NCBI GenBank assembly: GCA_037134655.1
Contig: JBAXLR010000004.1
Span: 1 to 43,517, forward strand
DNA from: a bacterium
Lineage (GTDB): Bacteria > Bdellovibrionota_B > Oligoflexia > Oligoflexales > RGVZ01
Length of the DNA: 43,517 bases
Reading direction: 5' to 3'
Made by a program: the position numbers and the translations under genes. The notes under the pieces are model-generated. The model ran no database searches, was not told the DNA's origin, and was given only the letters and a program-made list of their open reading frames with translations. This document shows positions 18,844 to 28,992 of this stretch, one piece after another. How positions within the stretch are numbered: position 1 is the first letter of the stretch; each line of letters begins with the position of its first letter.

Positions 18844-20910
18844 TTAATGCCTATCTTTGTCTTTTAGCACGTCTCCGCGCGCAAAAATACTTGCGACGAA
18901 GCCCAGAGCGTCACTGGCGCAAATGTCACAATAGCCGTAGTTCTTCATCAGCCTGTTTTTGACAACGTCAATTTTCGCTTGAGCCTCTTTGTCAACAACT
19001 TTAGAGACGTGCACAGTTAGCTTAATAGTATCTTTTTGGTCTTCAAACAGCTTCAGCTCCAGGGCTTTGTGCAAGCGCTCGTTGCTGCGGAAGTCAAAGG
19101 TTTTGCCTTCGATTGCCATGGCTCCAATATAGTTCATGATTTCCCTGCGGAAGTCATCTTTGCGGTTTTCTGAGATATCGATTTTTTCTTCGATAGATCT
19201 CATGAGCCTTTCGTCCGGCTCTTCTGCCTGGGAAGTGTATGGGTTCTTGACCTTCTCGCGCTGAATATAAGCTTTGATGTTATCAATGTAATTGCCACAT
19301 AGCTTATCAATAGCGTTTTCGTCAGCGGAGATAGCACGCTGCACTTCGTGTTTCACGATATCTTCGTACTCGCGCTTTACTTCACTCAGTAGTTCACGGT
19401 ATCGCTTGCGAAGTTCTTCGTTATTGATAAGCGAATGGCCTTTGAGTCCGGACTCCATTTCGTTTAGTACGATGAATGGGTTGATACATCCTTTTCCTTT
19501 GTCGAGGACCAGGGCAGAGGATATTTTATCTTGGATATAGCGTGGTGAAATTCCGTCAAGGCCTTCCCGAATAGCCTCTTTACGCAACTCTTTAACGTTA
19601 TCTTCCGTGTATTGTTGGGTGGTTTTGCCATTATAGAGTTTTAGCTTCTGCATGAGCGTAAGGTTTGCCTTCTTTGGCTCCTCAAGTCGGGTCAGAACCG
19701 CCCACATGGCCGACATTTCAAGAGTGTGCGGTGCAATATGTACATGTGGAACTGTATTTGAGTTGAAGCTTTTTTCGTAGATCTTGACCTCTTCCTTGAG
19801 TTTCGTGATGTATGGAACGTCGATTTTTACAGTTCGATCGCGCAAGGCTTCCATGAACTCGTTGCTTTGTAATTTCTTGTACTCGGGCTCGTTTGTGTGA
19901 CCGATGATCACTTCATCGATATCGCACTGAGCGAATTTTTTTGGCTTAATTTTGTGTTCTTGACTGGCGGTAAGGAGGTCGTACAGGAACGCAACGTCAA
20001 GTTTCAAAACCTCGATAAATTCGATCATGCCCCGGTTTGCTATGTTGAATTCGCCGTCAAAATTAAAGGCGCGGGGGTCAGAGTCTGACCCATATTCCGC
20101 GATTTTTCGATAGTTGATGTCACCGGTGAGCTCTGTGGAGTCTTGGTTTTTTTCGTCTTTTGGCTGGAATGTGCCGATACCAATCCGGTCACGTTCGCTT
20201 AGAACCAAGCGGTGAACTGTGATGTGATTTTTGACGAGTTTTTCCCAGTCACCCTGGTAGTGTCGCATTAGTTCAGTGTAGACGTAGCGGCAAGCTGGCG
20301 AAAGATCTCCCTCCATCCTGATTTGAGTGCCGCGGTCTCGATTCTTGTTGATAATGGGTAAAACTGCTTCGCGACGCTCTGGCGGTATGAGGTACAGAGG
20401 ATCTTGGTTCATAGGCGAGCGCATCGTGTTTTCCATCTTCAACACTTCGCCGAGATTGATCCAAGAGTAGGTATACATCGCTCCTTCAGGAGTACGGGAG
20501 TATGCTTCGAGGCCTTTTTTCAGCAAACGTGCGATGGTGGACTTAGACGATCCCACGGGGCCGTGGAGTAAGATAACGCGTTTTTCAGGTCCATATCCTG
20601 CGGCCGCGGCTTTCATGGTGTTGACGAGTTTCATCAAATGAACGTCAAGTCCAAAGATCGCGTCACGACCAGAATCAATGGGGTCGTCGAAAAAGTTCCA
20701 GTGTGTAATTTCTTTTTTATACTCTTTGAATTGCCGGCTACCGTAGCTGGCAATCATGTCGTACATACGTTGAAATGCAGTGCGAGCAATTTGCGGGTGC
20801 TCCAGCACCATATTCAAATATTCCTCAAAAGAGCCAAGCCAGTGTAGTTCAGCGTACTGCTTTTCAAACCCGCCGCCCTTGACTGTCGAGATGATTTCTT
20901 TAGCGTTCAT
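18844..20910 (-). CDS. prkA: PrkA/YeaG family AAA+ serine protein kinase
   Basis: Walker [47 protein letters not shown] 20910 follows AGGAGG. Confidence 0.96.
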   Translation of the reverse strand: MNAKEIISTVKGGGFEKQYAELHWLGSFEEYLNMVLEHPQIARTAFQRMYDMIASYGSRQFKEYKKEITHWNFFDDPIDSGRDAIFGLDVHLMKLVNTMKAAAAGYGPEKRVILLHGPVGSSKSTIARLLKKGLEAYSRTPEGAMYTYSWINLGEVLKMENTMRSPMNQDPLYLIPPERREAVLPIINKNRDRGTQIRMEGDLSPACRYVYTELMRHYQGDWEKLVKNHITVHRLVLSERDRIGIGTFQPKDEKNQDSTELTGDINYRKIAEYGSDSDPRAFNFDGEFNIANRGMIEFIEVLKLDVAFLYDLLTASQEHKIKPKKFAQCDIDEVIIGHTNEPEYKKLQSNEFMEALRDRTVKIDVPYITKLKEEVKIYEKSFNSNTVPHVHIAPHTLEMSAMWAVLTRLEEPKKANLTLMQKLKLYNGKTTQQYTEDNVKELRKEAIREGLDGISPRYIQDKISSALVLDKGKGCINPFIVLNEMESGLKGHSLINNEELRKRYRELLSEVKREYEDIVKHEVQRAISADENAIDKLCGNYIDNIKAYIQREKVKNPYTSQAEEPDERLMRSIEEKIDISENRKDDFRREIMNYIGAMAIEGKTFDFRSNERLHKALELKLFEDQKDTIKLTVHVSKVVDKEAQAKIDVVKNRLMKNYGYCDICASDALGFVASIFARGDVLKDKDRH

Positions 20911-20956
20911 GGAAGCCTCCTTTAGCCGGGCGCAAAAGCCCACTGCCTCATCTTAT

Positions 20957-20986
20957 ATTGTACGAGACCTGGCGAAAGGCTGTCAA
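20957..20986 (-). promoter_or_regulatory. Sigma70-type promoter of the prkA operon
   Basis: TTGACA-18 nt-TACAAT on the minus strand, about 46 nt upstream of the prkA ATG. Confidence 0.7.
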
Positions 20987-21004
20987 AAAAAGGGTTTACG
21001 GCGT

Positions 21005-22121
21005 TCAGGTGGCTTTAGACGCTTCTTTTGCGTGAGCCAAATATTCGTTTATGAATTCATCTAGGGCACCATCAAGGACGGCATCCGGTGAGTGTGACTC
21101 GTGGTCTGTTCTGTGATCCTTCACAAGCTTGTAGGGGTGCAGAACATAGCTTCTGATCTGGTGACCGAATGAGATGTCTGTTTTGGTGCTTTCAAGAGCC
21201 TGCTGTGCCGCCCTGCGTCGCTCCAGTTCCCGCTCGTAAAGAGCTGATCGCAGGAGTTTCATGGCATTTTCGCGGTTTTGAATCTGTGATCTCTGGGTCT
21301 GGGACGCTGCAACGATGCCCGATGGCATGTGGGTTATCCGTACCGCGGAATCTGTCTTGTTGACGTGCTGACCCCCAGCTCCCGATGAGCGATAGGTGTC
21401 CACGCGTAAGTCGGCGGGGTTTATCTCTATTTCGATGCTATCGTCAACAACCGGTGTAACGAAGACAGACGCAAAGCTCGTGTGGCGCCTAGCATTGCTG
21501 TCAAATGGACTCACACGAACAAGGCGATGGACACCGTTCTCTGCTTTAAGCAGCCCGTAGGCGAAATCACCAGTAATTTCCACTGTGGCATTCTTAATAC
21601 CTGCTTCTTCGCCCGCGAGCACATCGTGAATTTCAATCTGCCAGCCTTTACGTTCAGCAAATCTGGTGTACATCCTGAACAGTATACTTGCCCAGTCACA
21701 TGACTCCGTGCCGCCCGCGCCAGCATTGATCGACAGGATGGCTCCGTTCATGTCGGTCTCGCCGCTCAGTAAGCTTTGGATCTCCAGGGCTTCAACCTCT
21801 TTTGCAAGGCTGTCATAGAGGAGGTTGGCCTCTGCTAGGTATTCAGCCTCACCGGCTTGGGCGAATTCAAGGGCGGCTTCCAAGTCCCCTTCAAGAGTGT
21901 CGAGTTTTTTGACTCTGCCCAGGGCTAGCTCAAGCGCTTTTTTTTCCTTTAGTACTGGGGCAGAGATCTTGGGGTTATTCCAAAAATCCGGCATCCCCTC
22001 AATTTGGGCTTCGAGGTCCTTCAGGCGTTCGGCCTTTTGATCGAGGTCAAAGAAACCCCCGGATTCTCAAAAATTTCTCGGTCAGGTTACGCTTTGCACT
22101 TGATAGATCATGAAAATCCAC
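21005..22121 (-). CDS. prfB: Peptide chain release factor 2, translated via +1 programmed frameshift
   Basis: SPF and GGQ motifs. A 24-codon first frame from GTG 22121 (VDFHDLSSAKRNLTEKFLRIRGFL) ends at CTT TGA C, and the +1 frame continues DLDQKAERL into the 21005..21994 ORF. Confidence 0.97.
22046..22060 (-). other. prfB +1 frameshift site
   Basis: GGGGG TTT CTT TGA C: internal SD-like run plus slippery CTT-TGA. Confidence 0.95.
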
Positions 22122-22195
22122 GAAAAACCCTCGCAATGTCTGCGGCTTGTGTAAAAAACCGTAATTATTCAGAAGAGTTGCGTCCCAAGCCGAGA

Positions 22196-22225
22196 TTGAC
22201 AGCCAAAGAAGCGGACCCGTAACAT
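22196..22225 (+). promoter_or_regulatory. Candidate sigma70-type promoter for flbD-motAB
   Basis: TTGACA-18 nt-TAACAT, about 105 nt upstream of flbD. Confidence 0.5.
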
Positions 22226-22330
22226 AATGGTAAGACTAGGCGAATTCCACATAAATTTTAGGTCAGCGATGGGTGACCAAATTTCGCTAGTGATAACCCA
22301 ACGTTAATTTCTGTGAAACGTGAGGATGCA

Positions 22331-22576
22331 GTGATTCTTTTAACAAAACTCGACAATCAAAAGGTTTTGGTACTGATTGAAAGTATCAAATACATCGAGG
22401 CGACACCGGATACTCTGGTTCGGTTCGTCAATGGCGATATGTTGATTGTGAGCGAGAGTATGCAAGAAATCTCTGAGCTTGTTCTTCAATTTAAGGCGCA
22501 ATGCCTAACGAGATCAACTACTCAAGCTGGCGCTAGTTTTGGCGCGGCATCGGGGGAAACCGCATCATGGACTTAA
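22331..22576 (+). CDS. flbD: Flagellar FlbD/SwrD family protein
   Basis: ILLTKLD...IKYIEATPDTLVRFVNG...VSES pattern, directly upstream of motA. GTG follows GAGG. Confidence 0.88.
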   Translation: MILLTKLDNQKVLVLIESIKYIEATPDTLVRFVNGDMLIVSESMQEISELVLQFKAQCLTRSTTQAGASFGAASGETASWT

Positions 22577-23331
22577 CCAGTTTACTTGGAATTCCGGTCG
22601 CGGGCGGAATGATCATCGGCGGAATGCTTCTCGAGGGCGGTCACTTGTCTCAGCTGTGGGCGATCACCGCGGTCATGATCGTGTTCGGAGGCACTATCGG
22701 TGCGTTGATGATGGCGTATCCCCTTGCCGACATGATTGGGTCCGTCAAGGCTATTGGCGTCTTTATCAAAAATCCATCGGCTAATCCTACGCAAATAATG
22801 GCAGAGATTCTTGATTGTGCGCAAACTGCGAGAAAAGAGTCTATCTTGGCGCTTGAAAAAAAGCGCGATGCCCTCTCATACGAACCTCTAAAGATGGCCA
22901 TTGGCTTGGCTGTAGACGGTACAGCCCCTGAGATTATCCGAGATACCCTGGAGACGGCGGCCCATGTGGTATTCGAGGAGGCAGAAGTCAGCGTTAAGTT
23001 TTGGGAAGACTTCGGTGCCATTTGTCCAACGATCGGGATCCTCGGCGCGGTACTTGGCTTGCAGCACGTGATGAGCGTACTAGAGCAGCCTGAAAAAATC
23101 GGACCTGGAATCGCCGTAGCCTTCGTCGCAACGCTTTACGGAGTAGGTGCCGCCAACATTATCGGTATTCCTGTCGGAAAAAAATTGAAGCGCAAGGCGA
23201 TTATTGACGGTCATGCGAGAGCGATGGTTATCATAGGCGTCGAAGGTATTCTTACTGGAATGAACCCGAAGATCATCGAGCAAAAACTCTCTGTTTTCGT
23301 TCATGATCACGGCGGCGATGAAAAACACTAA
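22567..23331 (+). CDS. motA: Flagellar stator protein MotA
   Basis: Four hydrophobic segments, ARKESILALE, PTIGILGAVLGL, AFVATLYG, NP near the C-terminus. Confidence 0.95.
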   Translation: MDLTSLLGIPVAGGMIIGGMLLEGGHLSQLWAITAVMIVFGGTIGALMMAYPLADMIGSVKAIGVFIKNPSANPTQIMAEILDCAQTARKESILALEKKRDALSYEPLKMAIGLAVDGTAPEIIRDTLETAAHVVFEEAEVSVKFWEDFGAICPTIGILGAVLGLQHVMSVLEQPEKIGPGIAVAFVATLYGVGAANIIGIPVGKKLKRKAIIDGHARAMVIIGVEGILTGMNPKIIEQKLSVFVHDHGGDEKH

Positions 23332-23380
23332 ATAAATTGCGTGTGTTCCCTGACACTGTTAGCTCAGATCCGGAGGGCGG

Positions 23381-24211
23381 ATGGCTACAAAACAAAAATG
23401 TCCAGAATTTGAGAACCACGAGCGTTGGCTAGTTTCCTATGCTGACATGGTGACCATGTTGTTTGCCCTCTTCGTCGTTCTCTACGCCCTCAAAGAGGCT
23501 GGGGCTAAGTCCCCAGATGTGAATAAAGTCGTGGCTGCCTCAGTTGCGGATGCCCTAAACATGCCGCTTCCAGATATCCCGGTTGATCGGAAAGTTGGAC
23601 CGACATCCCAAGGCTTTGGAATATTTGAAAACTTCAAGGGCGACCAAATCCGCGAGCCTCTGATTCAAAAATATAAGGCGGGTGAACGGCCGAAAATCAT
23701 TGATCTTGAAATGAACAAAGTAAAGCTCATGGTGGAAGACCGCCTCTATGGACCAAATAAGTATCCTGAGAAGGGCGGCAAGGGACAAGAGAGAATCATC
23801 AGCGTAGAAAAGACTCCGCAAGGATTCAAGTTACAGCTGGCTGCGCGTCACTTCTTTGAGAGTGGCGAATATCAAATGAAAAGATCTGCCCTGAAGGAAA
23901 TAGAGCGACTCGGTGAGATTTTGGTTGAGTTGGGAAGGCCACTCGTTGTCGAGGGGCACACGGATAATGTGCCAGCTGGGGGGCAATTTTCCAACTGGGA
24001 GATCTCGTCCCTTCGGGCTGCAGCGGTCGCAAAATACCTGATTAAGAACGCAGGCTTCCCAGCGACAAAAATGTCGATCGCAGGCTATGCGGATCTTAAG
24101 CCGGTTGCGCAAAACACATCAGATGCCGGTCGTGCCATGAATCGAAGAATCGAGATTCATATCAATTACGACCCTGATGGGGCGTCGCAAGAGACACAGC
24201 AAAACCCATGA
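23381..24211 (+). CDS. motB: Flagellar stator protein MotB
   Basis: ERWLVSYADMVT transmembrane segment with the conserved Asp; OmpA-like domain (EGHTDN, NWEISSLRA, NRRIEI). Confidence 0.96.
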   Translation: MATKQKCPEFENHERWLVSYADMVTMLFALFVVLYALKEAGAKSPDVNKVVAASVADALNMPLPDIPVDRKVGPTSQGFGIFENFKGDQIREPLIQKYKAGERPKIIDLEMNKVKLMVEDRLYGPNKYPEKGGKGQERIISVEKTPQGFKLQLAARHFFESGEYQMKRSALKEIERLGEILVELGRPLVVEGHTDNVPAGGQFSNWEISSLRAAAVAKYLIKNAGFPATKMSIAGYADLKPVAQNTSDAGRAMNRRIEIHINYDPDGASQETQQNP

Positions 24212-26574
24212 AACTTCGTAACTTGATCATCCCTTTTATGTTTGGGTTTGGTTTGGCAAGTAGCGTATTAGCGGCCAACAATGCCAAAAAAAGTGGAGAT
24301 CCTGACCGGAAAAAATCTGAAAACTTTGAATTCGCGAGAAAATCCTTCAAAGAGATCCTTGATTCCTATGTATTCATCGCCGACTTTAATCAAAAGTCTG
24401 GTGAACGGGCGATCTCTAAGGAAGTCTTTTGGAAGTATCCCTTCAAGTTAGCTCCAGTTATTTTTGATTTAGATGTGGATAAATTTGATCTAAAACCGAT
24501 GGTTTTTCAGGTCAGGGGTAGCGGCGCAAGAACTGAGACATTGAATGTGGGACGGGTGGCGTTTCTCAATGCCAACTATTTGAAAGCACACGAAGCCTGG
24601 CTTGCTGGTCGTGAGGAATTTAAAGATGACCCAAAAGTAAACCGCCTTTTTGACTTCTTTTTAGCAGTAAACGCTCTTGCAGCTTATCGGGACAGGCTAA
24701 AACTCATGAGCGGCCAGTTGCAGGATCCAGAAGTGATTGCATACTCCAAGCGAGCCGCTTATTTCTTGGCCTCGACTTACCTGCAGAAGAAGGACGCACC
24801 TGACGAGCGGATTGATCAGCACGCCGCGTGGGGACTTTATAACCTCGCTGTCATTTATTACAGATTTGGCCGCATGCGCAGCGTATTTGGAGCGTCCCAA
24901 GAGGGGTTAGCTACGTTGCTTAAACAGGGCCGGTCTGATTATAGGTCACAATTTCGCCAATTATTGGCCGAGGCCTTCATCAAAAACCAGGATTTAATTA
25001 GCGCCGTCCAAGAGATTGACACTGCGATTCGGCAGGATCCGGATCCAATTCAGGCGACGCGAATGTTTAGTCGCGCCGGAGATATATATTACGACCTCAA
25101 TAATTACGAACTTGCCGAAGATTTCTATGCCATGGCTAGTGCGATTGATCGAGAGCGTCAGACATTCAATCCAACGCAGTCGATTCTTCGGGCAGAAAGC
25201 ATATTTTGGCTTGGTAGATTTGAGGAAACAGAGAAGCTTCTGCGTGGCGCAGTGGAATATAGTCTCAAATCGGGGTTGGCCTCGGGCGGAGCGCCGGACC
25301 TGAATCTCTCTTGGGCGTCTCTGCGTATGGCAGATTCCCTATTGGCACGGGCGTCCTTGGCGCGCGATAAGGAAAAAACAAAGTCATTAGACCACGCGCG
25401 TCTTGCCTATTTCCGGGTGGAGACCGACTTTCCAAAAACCGAAGCGGCGCAAATTGCCGCTGTTAGGGGTGCTTGCCTTGAGTTGCCAACCTATCAAGGC
25501 AACAACGTCAAACATGCCCGCGCCCTGCTCGATGACGTCAAAGCCAAGAATGAAGTACCTCCGTCCTTGATGGAGCTGGTTTGGGCATGTGATGCAGCAA
25601 GTTACTCAGACCGTGAAAAAAGTGATCAGATGATCGCCAAAGTTCGTGAGTTTGCGGAAAAGTACCCGCGTAGTCGCTTTTTAGACGGGATGCTACCCGC
25701 AGTTCGGGATGTACAGGCAACAAAAATTAATGAATATTTCGCCAAAAAACAATGGGAGAGCGCCACCGACTTTTTTGAGCAAAGACGATCCGCTCTGTTT
25801 CAAAAGATTCCCGAGGATATAGCCAGTAATCTTTGGACAGCCTATGTGGCGACAGGTCGAAGTAACGAGGCGCTACCTTTTTGGGCTGCAAAGCCAAAAA
25901 AAATTGATTCGGATCTTGAGGCACTACGCCAAGCAGCTTTCTTATTTGAGGCTTCTTCGGTGAAAAAGTCTAAGTCATTGGATCAAGAAAGATCCAAACT
26001 TAATGGTGTGCTTGAAAAACGTAGTTGGTCAAAAAAGCCAAATTCCGAGGAAGCTGGTTATCTTAAAAGAGTCCTGACGACTAGGGACGTCGCATCCGCT
26101 TATCCATGGATTTTAAATCTTCAAGAATCCTGGTTTAAGCTCGATGAAAAAAATGCGTGCGAAAGCCTATTCCCACTTCTATCGCGCGTTTCTGACGATA
26201 AAAAATCCGGAGCAGCCGCTAAAAAAATGGTTTATCTGAGGGTGAAAAATATCGCAGAAGATTTGGTTGGCAAGATTCGAACAGCGGATGGCGCTTGCTT
26301 GCAATCATGGATCGACTTTGAGTCAAAAGTGCTAACGCTAAGTGACCTACAAAGAAAATACGCTCAGCGCACGAGCTGGCCGCTTGACGGTGCTTGGCTT
26401 GAGAGTGTTTGGACCATGTCGGAGCGTCTGAGTGGCGCTGATCAATCCAAAGATGCAATGCTGATCTGGCAGCGGATCGTTGAACAGGCGCCCAAAGATA
26501 GCTTTGAGGCCAGGATGGCGAAAGCGAGGCTTGATCCCAAAAAAACTGAGTTTGAATCACTGTGGAAAAAATAA
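24208..26574 (+). CDS. Large secreted TPR-repeat protein
   Basis: Sec signal peptide (..GLASSVLA/A); helical repeats such as LYNLAVIYYRFG and AGDIYYDLNNYELAEDFY. ATGA overlap with the motB stop. Confidence 0.75.
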   Translation: MKLRNLIIPFMFGFGLASSVLAANNAKKSGDPDRKKSENFEFARKSFKEILDSYVFIADFNQKSGERAISKEVFWKYPFKLAPVIFDLDVDKFDLKPMVFQVRGSGARTETLNVGRVAFLNANYLKAHEAWLAGREEFKDDPKVNRLFDFFLAVNALAAYRDRLKLMSGQLQDPEVIAYSKRAAYFLASTYLQKKDAPDERIDQHAAWGLYNLAVIYYRFGRMRSVFGASQEGLATLLKQGRSDYRSQFRQLLAEAFIKNQDLISAVQEIDTAIRQDPDPIQATRMFSRAGDIYYDLNNYELAEDFYAMASAIDRERQTFNPTQSILRAESIFWLGRFEETEKLLRGAVEYSLKSGLASGGAPDLNLSWASLRMADSLLARASLARDKEKTKSLDHARLAYFRVETDFPKTEAAQIAAVRGACLELPTYQGNNVKHARALLDDVKAKNEVPPSLMELVWACDAASYSDREKSDQMIAKVREFAEKYPRSRFLDGMLPAVRDVQATKINEYFAKKQWESATDFFEQRRSALFQKIPEDIASNLWTAYVATGRSNEALPFWAAKPKKIDSDLEALRQAAFLFEASSVKKSKSLDQERSKLNGVLEKRSWSKKPNSEEAGYLKRVLTTRDVASAYPWILNLQESWFKLDEKNACESLFPLLSRVSDDKKSGAAAKKMVYLRVKNIAEDLVGKIRTADGACLQSWIDFESKVLTLSDLQRKYAQRTSWPLDGAWLESVWTMSERLSGADQSKDAMLIWQRIVEQAPKDSFEARMAKARLDPKKTEFESLWKK

Positions 26575-26587
26575 GCGCAGTCATCTT

Positions 26588-28285
26588 TTATTCTGCCAGT
26601 AAGATCATTGATGCCAGAGTCAGTTTGACCTGATCCTTATTTTGCCAGTCTTGGTCTAGCCATCTTTTAACATCCGCAATGTCAATTTTACCTTTGATCA
26701 ATCCGCGACAAATCGGCTCTGCTATGACTTGCGCCAAGCTGCGAGCCAGTTCGTGTGCCGTTGAGGTGTCGAGTAGCAGGTGTTTGGCCGGTATTTTGGG
26801 AAGGGTTCGCGCGCTAGCCTTATTTGGCAGCCATTTTTCCTCCATCCAGGTCTCAATATCGATGGTCGCCTTAGCTAGATTTCGGCGCTGACGCATCTGT
26901 CCAATTAGGCGTTTGCTTTTTGCTGACGCCAGATATGTTTCAAGTGTTTTTTTGTCATGGAGTGGTATTCGCGGGTTTAAGATTTTATTGGCGATCCAAC
27001 CGAACGTATATTTCAGGCATTGAACAGCAAAAAGTTGGTCGGGGTCCGAGTAGTCTTCGTGGATGCGGCTGATTGATCCTAAGAGCATCTGACCTGCGGC
27101 CGCGGCCATGTTGTTGATTGTGACTTCAGGCATGTAGACGAGTTGTTGCTGGTAATCCACGGCGAAGCCATCAAGGCTCGCTCTGGTGAGAAAGGCATCT
27201 CTGGCTGAGGGACGCATGTGTTCAAGGCTTGAGTCAAGATTATCATGTGAGATGCTAAAGTGCTCAAACTCTGTGGCCGAATGATTTACTTTGAAAAACA
27301 CACAAAGCTGCTTTTGCAAATGGCGCAAATGGTAATCTAAATCAAGTACATCATCGGTATACGGCTCATCGCTCTCTGACTCGGAGTTCGTATAGTCTGG
27401 TCCGCCGTCTGATGATGCGAAGCTTTCCTCAAGATAGCGAATGTGTCCTAGTCGTCGCATCTCTTCCCATAGGGAGTAGGAGTGCCATTTCATCCACGGA
27501 GGTGAATTGATTACACAAAAGGTATTTTTATTTAGCGCCAGATACTCATCTTTGTAGTGTAGCTTTTCGGGCTTTAGGGCAAAGAAATACTTGTCTAGAT
27601 TAGCAAATATGCGAAGTGGTTGAGCTAATTTGGTCGAATGAAGATCATTGATGGCCTGCGGTAAATGAGCATCTGCTAGGTGAAACTCCCCAATAAGGCA
27701 CAGTGCCCGCGCAGTTGGTTCTGCGGTGAGCACGTTAGATAATAACTTTGCCGCATGGGCGTCTCGTTTTTTTAAGGAGTCTTTTCCGCCGTTACTTGTA
27801 TTCAGAGCTATGATTTTGATGCCATTTATTCGGCAATGTTCGAGGATTGGGCGGAAATTAGCCCAAGGAAAGCCCCACGTGCGTTCGTATTTTACAGTGT
27901 CCAGCAATTCTTGATCACTCAAACTTCCGCCAAGCCATTGGTCAATGCTAGCCTGGTCTTTTGACCGGAACATTTCGAGTCCTACAACAATGGGGGCATG
28001 GTCAGGACGATTTTGATACATCCGAAGGATTCTTAGGAAAGCTCGCTGGCTTTGCTTATGGCTATGAAAGTCGCCAAATAATACAATAGGATTTCGATCG
28101 ATTGCTTCTAGGACTTTATTTACAGTAGCTGATGTGAACTGGTTGGGAAGACTTGCTTCAAATTCTTTTTGATATTTAAGTATGGACGCCTTGCCTGGGC
28201 CAATATTTTCACGCGCATCATTGATTGCGCGATCATACATTGAGCGTTGTAGGTCGATTAAATATTTTAAGGCAGTCGCTGCCAA
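26588..28285 (-). CDS. ChaN/TIKI-superfamily protein with C-terminal extension
   Basis: VLFGDFH, VGLEMF, WGFPWANFRPI, IIALN, RDAHAA, IGEFHL. TTG start follows AAGGA. No signal peptide. Confidence 0.7.
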   Translation of the reverse strand: MAATALKYLIDLQRSMYDRAINDARENIGPGKASILKYQKEFEASLPNQFTSATVNKVLEAIDRNPIVLFGDFHSHKQSQRAFLRILRMYQNRPDHAPIVVGLEMFRSKDQASIDQWLGGSLSDQELLDTVKYERTWGFPWANFRPILEHCRINGIKIIALNTSNGGKDSLKKRDAHAAKLLSNVLTAEPTARALCLIGEFHLADAHLPQAINDLHSTKLAQPLRIFANLDKYFFALKPEKLHYKDEYLALNKNTFCVINSPPWMKWHSYSLWEEMRRLGHIRYLEESFASSDGGPDYTNSESESDEPYTDDVLDLDYHLRHLQKQLCVFFKVNHSATEFEHFSISHDNLDSSLEHMRPSARDAFLTRASLDGFAVDYQQQLVYMPEVTINNMAAAAGQMLLGSISRIHEDYSDPDQLFAVQCLKYTFGWIANKILNPRIPLHDKKTLETYLASAKSKRLIGQMRQRRNLAKATIDIETWMEEKWLPNKASARTLPKIPAKHLLLDTSTAHELARSLAQVIAEPICRGLIKGKIDIADVKRWLDQDWQNKDQVKLTLASMILLAE

Positions 28286-28521
28286 AGCAACATTCCTTTA
28301 TTCAATTTAGAAAAAGCCCCTATTTATATGCTAGCAGTGGCAGTGTCACGACCCACTAGGCAAGAACTTCCAAGGGCAATGGCAAAATCTTCGAGCCAAT
28401 TTGCGTGCACACGGTCGAACTGTGGCCATAATTTGTCCCAAACTCGGCCGTTTTGCATGGTTACACGCTGGCCGTCTCCCATAAGCGGCTGAATTACTTT
28501 GTCTCTTTTGCCGTCGCCATT

Positions 28522-28537
28522 TGGCATCGACATTGCT
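28522..28537 (+). promoter_or_regulatory. Sigma54 (-24/-12) promoter upstream of the AraC gene
   Basis: TGGCAT-CGACA-TTGCT, with exact GG-N10-GC spacing, about 75 nt before the ATG at 28612. Confidence 0.65.
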
Positions 28538-28611
28538 TCACACGGTAGGAACCCGCGTGTGTCGTCTAAATTTTTGCGTTCCACAATAATCGTGAGAAAA
28601 GGAATAGATTT

Positions 28612-28962
28612 ATGGGAGATGTGATTGTTGGAAGAGCTTTGGCTTACATGAAGTCCAATTATATGGAAAAGATCTCGATCGGTGACCTGGAAAGTGTATC
28701 TGGTGTCTCTCGCTTCGCCCTGTCCCGGGCGTTCAGGAGACATCTGGGTGTTCCCCCTATTAGCTGGCTTTGGGCTTACCGTGTGGAAGTGGCGGCAGGC
28801 TTGTTGGGGCATGAGCCGCATTGGAGCTGTAGCGCGATCGCGTATCAATGTGGTTTTGAGTCGCCGGCGCACTTTAGTCGTAAATTCAGTGTCCACTTTG
28901 GACGACCACCGGGTCTTTATCGTTTAGCCCGCGGCGACTTGCCCGCGGCCGAGTGTCTTTAG
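28612..28962 (+). CDS. Single-domain AraC/XylS-family transcriptional regulator
   Basis: Dual HTH: LSRAFRRHLGVPP...IAYQCGFESPAHFSRKFSVHFGRPPGLYR. AAGGA Shine-Dalgarno. No ligand-binding domain. Confidence 0.88.
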   Translation: MGDVIVGRALAYMKSNYMEKISIGDLESVSGVSRFALSRAFRRHLGVPPISWLWAYRVEVAAGLLGHEPHWSCSAIAYQCGFESPAHFSRKFSVHFGRPPGLYRLARGDLPAAECL

Positions 28963-28992
28963 CGTTCTAGGCGCATACGGGGATCGGTGTGA

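Noticed and set aside
28324-28896. 190-aa minus-strand ORF, or a shorter 69-86 aa version from 28533 or 28584
   Set aside because: It overlaps the clear AraC gene in antisense, has no recognisable motif or SD, and the non-overlapping part contains the sigma54 promoter. A small protein cannot be fully excluded.
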